Positions 59,279 to 64,000 of a stretch of DNA of 64,000 nucleotides are shown piece after piece. The stretch covers positions 2,997-66,996 of the forward strand of contig JAFDAI010000005.1 in the NCBI GenBank assembly GCA_019313905.1, in the 5' to 3' direction. Positions within the stretch are counted from its first letter, which is position 1. Every line of letters begins with the position of its first letter. Under the pieces are notes generated by a model, which worked only from the letters and a program-made list of their open reading frames with translations, was not told the DNA's origin and did not search any database. The DNA comes from Deltaproteobacteria bacterium. Its GTDB lineage: Bacteria; Desulfobacterota; Syntrophia; Syntrophales; UBA2210. A program made the position numbers and the translations under genes.

Positions 59279-59557
59279 ATGACTATTACAAAAGCAGAGC
59301 TGGTAAAAATCCTGCATTCCAACACCGATCTTCCGAAAGAGAAGTGCAGCAGGGTAGTAGAAGACATGTTTGAATTGATGAAAGAGAAGCTAGAACAGGG
59401 GAATGATGTTCTCATATCCGGATTCGGAAAGTGGTCGGTCAACTCGAAAAATCCCAGGAAGGGACGAAACCCTCAAACGGGTGAGGCGCTGATGCTGGAT
59501 GCCCGCAGGGTAATCACCTTCAAGTGTTCCAAAAAGCTGAAAGACTCCGTAAATTAA
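59279..59557 (+). CDS. ihfA: Integration host factor alpha-like protein
   Basis: MTITKAEL, ISGFGKW, GRNPQTG, RRVITFK. Confidence 0.75.
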   Translation: MTITKAELVKILHSNTDLPKEKCSRVVEDMFELMKEKLEQGNDVLISGFGKWSVNSKNPRKGRNPQTGEALMLDARRVITFKCSKKLKDSVN

Positions 59558-59821
59558 GTTTTTAACATCCTTGCAGAATCGAGTCCGCCTTGCCACGATA
59601 CCGGAAGATTGCTCCAGATGGACACGGTTTTACATCAGAAAAGCAAGGAATGTCCGGCAGAGACAGTCAATCGGCTAACATCCTGCATGAAAGTCTTACC
59701 AATGTTAATACCAACTGATTGAGAGATTGAAACAGAAATCAGCGGTATATGACCTGAACGTACAGACACGGTTTTTCCACCATCTGGTACAAAGGGCGAA
59801 AAACAGACGAGGCCAGACAGA

Positions 59822-61948
59822 ATGCTCACAAAAAAGGGTTTATTCGCTGATGCCAAGGAGATAACCGAATCCGCAGGGGAAAAATTTATTCTTCCACCAT
59901 ACCTGTTCAAGCATCAGGATCTGACCCGGCCTCCTAAATCCGCCGACAGAATAAATCAAAAAAAGCTTATAAACACCATAAATTACATCCATTTTACTGG
60001 CGGGCAGGTATGGGTACACCTCAAGGATCCCAGGTATGAGGAGGATATCTTTGTAAGCGCGCACCCGGAACCATGCACGGGAGAAACGATAACCTGTCAA
60101 TGGTCTAAGGAAAACACAACAAGTTTTGAACACCATCGCTTCCTGAATCTGGTAATTGATGATGGCTTGTCGGTAATATTAGTGCCGGCAAAGCTGTTAA
60201 ATATCAACAGGGATTGTTTTACGATTCATATACCTGATACCAGTTATGTCCTTGGAAAACGGCAGGCCAGACGATACACATGTCACAAAGTTACCGCTGA
60301 GTTCACCCAGAGCGGATTTCTGGCCAGTGGCTCTCTGTTGGATTTCAGCTTCCTTTCTTTCCGTGTCAAGATTACACCTAACTCTGGCGGATCTTTTCAC
60401 TGGCTGAATCCGGATGAACCGGTCATGATCAATCTATATAAAAACCAAAGGTTAATCTATTCCGGTCTCTGCCGTATCATTTACCAGACAGACAACATAT
60501 CGGTAAAAGAGGTTGTGGTAGCCCCCCTGTCCAAACAGATCAACCGCTTCCGGAAGAAAAAGATACGCGGTCAGCGCATGCAACTGGCGCCAACATCCAG
60601 CATCACCTTTGAACATCCCTTTTCCGGGAAAAAGATACGGCGGGATATCTACGATATTTCGGTCACCGGATTTTCCGTACATGAAAGTAACGATGACGGG
60701 GTGCTGGTCCCTGGTATGATCATTCCCGAGCTCAGCATCAACTACTACTCCGACATGCTGAAAATGACGTGTGCCGCTCAGGTCGTCAACCGCAGGGAAA
60801 GCGGAAACAGAAGCATGCATTGTGGTCTGGCTATCTTGGACATGGATATTGATACCTACGGTATGTTAAGCAATCTTCTCAATATCATAGACCCTCATGT
60901 CTATGTTTCCAATGAAATCGACATGGATGCCCTCTGGAAATTTTTCTTCGAAACAGGGTTCATATACCCCCAGAAGTACGACTCAATCCAATCTTATAGT
61001 GAACTCTTCAAGGAAACCTATCGAAAGCTCTACAAAGCCAGACCGGAAATCGCCACACACGTCACCTATCAGAAAAACGGACAGATATATGGACATGTAT
61101 CCATGGTAAGGGCATATGAACGGGCGTGGATGGTCCACCATCTTGCTGCCAGACCGATACCAGGAATCTCCAGGCACACCGGCCTCAACGTATTGAAACA
61201 ACTCCTGAACTACTTTGACGGTATCTACCGGCTTCCATCTGTAAAAATGGATTATATGCTTTTCTATTTCCGCCCCGAAAACAAATTTCCGGATCTCTTC
61301 TTCGGGGGATTTGCCAGAGACCTCAAGAATGCCAGTGCCTGTTCCATGGACCTCTTCGCCTACAAAAGCTACCAGACGGGATCCACGCAGAATCCACTCC
61401 CGGATGGGTGGCTGTTAAGGGAATATTCAGCCACAGACTCATGGGAACTTGAGCAGTTTTACAGAAATCGTTCCGGAGGACTTTTGCTGAATGTTCTATG
61501 TCCGGAATATGAACATTCAGATGACAAAACACTGGAAGAAGCATACAGGCGTCATGACCTCATTCGAAGCATGAAGATATATTCTCTGATCCACATGCAA
61601 AAGCTGAAGGCCGTTCTCTTCGTCAATCAGTCAGACCTGGGACTGAATCTATCCGAACTCCTGAATGGTATCAAGGCCATAATAACCGATCCAGCCAGCC
61701 TCCCATGGAATGTATTGTCCATGGTCCTTAACCAGTTGACAGACATATATAAAGTTGATAATATTCCTGTTTTAATCTATCCTCACACCTATTTTGAAGA
61801 CAACAATGTCCCTTATGATAAACAGTACCAGTTATGGATTATGGACACACAGTATGGGAATCATTATCTGGAATACATGAGGGATAAAACCAAGATGAAA
61901 CTTCAATATATATTCAAATTCCTTATTGGGAAGTACATGAAAAAATGA
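59822..61948 (+). CDS. Large tandem PilZ-like protein with an uncharacterised C-terminal domain
   Basis: RQARRY...LLDFS and RGQR...YDISVTGF PilZ-like RxxxR / DxSxxG pairs. Confidence 0.7.
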   Translation: MLTKKGLFADAKEITESAGEKFILPPYLFKHQDLTRPPKSADRINQKKLINTINYIHFTGGQVWVHLKDPRYEEDIFVSAHPEPCTGETITCQWSKENTTSFEHHRFLNLVIDDGLSVILVPAKLLNINRDCFTIHIPDTSYVLGKRQARRYTCHKVTAEFTQSGFLASGSLLDFSFLSFRVKITPNSGGSFHWLNPDEPVMINLYKNQRLIYSGLCRIIYQTDNISVKEVVVAPLSKQINRFRKKKIRGQRMQLAPTSSITFEHPFSGKKIRRDIYDISVTGFSVHESNDDGVLVPGMIIPELSINYYSDMLKMTCAAQVVNRRESGNRSMHCGLAILDMDIDTYGMLSNLLNIIDPHVYVSNEIDMDALWKFFFETGFIYPQKYDSIQSYSELFKETYRKLYKARPEIATHVTYQKNGQIYGHVSMVRAYERAWMVHHLAARPIPGISRHTGLNVLKQLLNYFDGIYRLPSVKMDYMLFYFRPENKFPDLFFGGFARDLKNASACSMDLFAYKSYQTGSTQNPLPDGWLLREYSATDSWELEQFYRNRSGGLLLNVLCPEYEHSDDKTLEEAYRRHDLIRSMKIYSLIHMQKLKAVLFVNQSDLGLNLSELLNGIKAIITDPASLPWNVLSMVLNQLTDIYKVDNIPVLIYPHTYFEDNNVPYDKQYQLWIMDTQYGNHYLEYMRDKTKMKLQYIFKFLIGKYMKK

Positions 61949-64000
61949 GCGATACCCCTCTTTATAACATCAAGCTTGTAAAGGTGTTTTTAGAATACAT
62001 AAATAAATATTATCCAGAAATTGATATTGAGCCTCTTCTGGAATACGCGGAGATTACTACCTATCAACTGGAAGATGAGGGACACTGGCTTACACAGAAT
62101 CAGGTTGATCTCTTTTTCGAAATTACAGCCCGCAAGACCGATAATCCTAATATCGCCCGAGAGGCGGGACGTTACGGTCCCCTTTCCAATGCAGCAGGTG
62201 CCGTACAGCAATACACAAGGGGATTTATCACTCCCTCCGCTGCTTACATGGTAATGGGAAAGTTGCTCTACCCGCAGGTAAGTCGCAGTTGCACAATCTA
62301 CACGAAAAATCTCGGTAATAATAAAACAGAAATTATCGTCACAGCAAATAAAGGAGTTATAGAAAAGCCTTATCAGTGTGAGAATCGGATGGGGATGTTT
62401 GAAGGAATAGCCAAATTGTTTACAGGCAAATTTGCCACAATTGAACATCCTACATGCATGCACAAAGGCGGATCAGAATGCTGTTACATCATCACCTGGG
62501 AACGCTCAAAATCATTTGTATGGAAGATAATACGTAATTACGCTTTCCTTTTGGGAAGCATGGCCTGCATCGGATTTTTTTTCGCTCTGCCGGGAAATTA
62601 CTGGATTATTTCTACTCTGTCACTTTCTCTGATCGTCATGGGGATAATTCTATATTCAGAATACACGGAGAAAAAGGAGCTTGGCTCGAAACTCGAAAAC
62701 GAGGGCACAATGGCCAGGGATCTCTTGGATGAAACCAATACCCGCCACAACAACGCCTTGCTTATCCAAGAGATAGGCCAGGGCACATCCAGCATACTGA
62801 ATACCGATCAACTTCTCTCCCATGTTATGAATATCCTCCAGAAACGCCTCGACTTCGAACGAGGAACCATTATGCTTGCCGACGAGAGAAGGCTTCACCT
62901 TGTGTATGCTCAGGGTTATGGATACAACCCGGACTTGGAAAATTTTGTAAAACAGACAACGTTTCATCTTGATAAAGCAAAATCTCTGGGACCTCTTGTA
63001 GTAGCGTTCAAGGAACAAAGACCCATTTTAGTAGAAAATATAGATATAATCAAAAAGGACGTTACGCCAAAGACACGTAAATTTATGAAAATGCTGGGAA
63101 TAAAATCGTTTATCTGCGTTCCGATAATATACGAAGGAAGGTCTGAAGGGGTTCTCGCGGTGGAAAGCTTGAAAGAACACAAGGCATTCAGCCAGAGTGA
63201 CATAAACCTCCTGATGGGAATTGCGCCTCAGATAGGAATCAGCATCAACAATGCCAAGACCTATCAGCAGGTCAAAGACAGCGAAGAAAGGTTCAGATCC
63301 CTTGGAGAAAATGCCCCAGATATTATCTATACATTGGATGCTGACGGGGCATTCAGTTATATTAATCCTGCTTGGGAAAAGATACTGGGGCACAAAAAAG
63401 AGGATGTTATAGGAAGGTACTTTGTGGATTTCGCAAAAAGCGGAGATGTGCGGAAATATACTCGCTTTTTAAAACGGGCAAGGAATAACAAGGAAACGGT
63501 TAAAGGTTTTACCGGCACACTTTTGACCAAGGAAGGATCAGAACGTCTCTTTAATATAAGTGGTTCCCCGAATTTTGATTCAAAGCTGAATGCAACCGGC
63601 ATGATAGGCACAATAAAAGATATTACCGAACTTGAAAAGAACGTGGAAATGTTGAAATCCGCCTTGGAAAGCACGATAACCGCCATGGCGGTCATTGTGG
63701 AATCAAAGGATCCCTACACGGCCGGCCATCAGAAAAGGGTAACGGATATAGCCGTAGCCATCGCCGAAGAGATGAATCTCCCGGAAGATAAAATCAGCGG
63801 TATCCGCATGGCTGCCATGATACATGATATCGGAAAGATAAATATTCCGGCGGAGATTCTCAGCAAACCCGGACAGCTGACAGATATCGAATTTAACATG
63901 ATAAAAACCCACCCCGAAGTAGGATACAACATCTTAAAAAATATCGAATTCATGTATCCGGTCGCCCAGATCGTATACCAGCACCATGAAAAAATAAATG
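61945..64000 (+). CDS. Sensor HD-GYP phosphodiesterase (V4R-like, 2 TM, GAF, PAS, HD-GYP), truncated at window end
   Basis: Manual translation from the ATGA overlap: MSDTPLYN...AREAGRY...QCENRMG...EHPTCMHKGGSECCY; ERFRSLGENAPDIIY (PAS); KDPYTAGHQKRV, HDIGK, HPEVG, QHHEK. Confidence 0.9.
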   Translation, partial: MSDTPLYNIKLVKVFLEYINKYYPEIDIEPLLEYAEITTYQLEDEGHWLTQNQVDLFFEITARKTDNPNIAREAGRYGPLSNAAGAVQQYTRGFITPSAAYMVMGKLLYPQVSRSCTIYTKNLGNNKTEIIVTANKGVIEKPYQCENRMGMFEGIAKLFTGKFATIEHPTCMHKGGSECCYIITWERSKSFVWKIIRNYAFLLGSMACIGFFFALPGNYWIISTLSLSLIVMGIILYSEYTEKKELGSKLENEGTMARDLLDETNTRHNNALLIQEIGQGTSSILNTDQLLSHVMNILQKRLDFERGTIMLADERRLHLVYAQGYGYNPDLENFVKQTTFHLDKAKSLGPLVVAFKEQRPILVENIDIIKKDVTPKTRKFMKMLGIKSFICVPIIYEGRSEGVLAVESLKEHKAFSQSDINLLMGIAPQIGISINNAKTYQQVKDSEERFRSLGENAPDIIYTLDADGAFSYINPAWEKILGHKKEDVIGRYFVDFAKSGDVRKYTRFLKRARNNKETVKGFTGTLLTKEGSERLFNISGSPNFDSKLNATGMIGTIKDITELEKNVEMLKSALESTITAMAVIVESKDPYTAGHQKRVTDIAVAIAEEMNLPEDKISGIRMAAMIHDIGKINIPAEILSKPGQLTDIEFNMIKTHPEVGYNILKNIEFMYPVAQIVYQHHEKIN

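Noticed and set aside
59560-59820. c-di-GMP riboswitch upstream of the PilZ gene
   Set aside because: No GEMM consensus visible; only two short imperfect direct repeats (GACACGGTTTT, TAACATCCT)
61990-63953. Several short ORFs at the window end
   Set aside because: All overlap the long plus-strand HD-GYP gene that runs off the window

Overview
A 64 kb window from a deltaproteobacterial (Desulfobacterota, Syntrophales-like) chromosome; the taxonomic call is inferred from gene content and order. 1-28.8 kb is minus-strand housekeeping DNA: secA (partial), M23 peptidase, a two-subunit pyruvate-carboxylase-like enzyme, radical SAM, macrodomain, pgsA, fsa, folK, dapB/dapA/lysA, argH/G/F/D/B, hslUV, a frameshifted xerC, miaB, ihfB, rluB, scpAB, trpS, a short tRNA nucleotidyltransferase and HU. 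29-57.7 kb is a type IV pilus region containing a Geobacter/Syntrophus-like pilA with a sigma54 promoter, an Lgt + CAAX-protease (CPBP) fusion, a 1078-aa 'double pilin', two minor pilins behind an ECF sigma/anti-sigma pair, a repeat-flanked RelBE-type TA pair, a glycosylation cassette with a TMTC-like GT-C, two tandem MshA-like pilins, a membrane-anchored sigma54 activator and a PilM/N-O-P-Q-ExeA-PilB-PilC assembly operon. 58-64 kb holds an acyl-CoA dehydrogenase, an IHF subunit, a large PilZ-type protein and a V4R-GAF-PAS-HD-GYP protein that runs off the window end. The best novel candidate is the 1078-aa protein: it carries two prepilin processing sites separated by an internal Cys-containing sorting-signal-like segment (linker-GCF-TM-basic), and the next gene is the Lgt-CPBP fusion that could lipidate and cleave it. 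All calls come from reading motifs by eye; no searches were run. No tRNA, rRNA or CRISPR array was seen.
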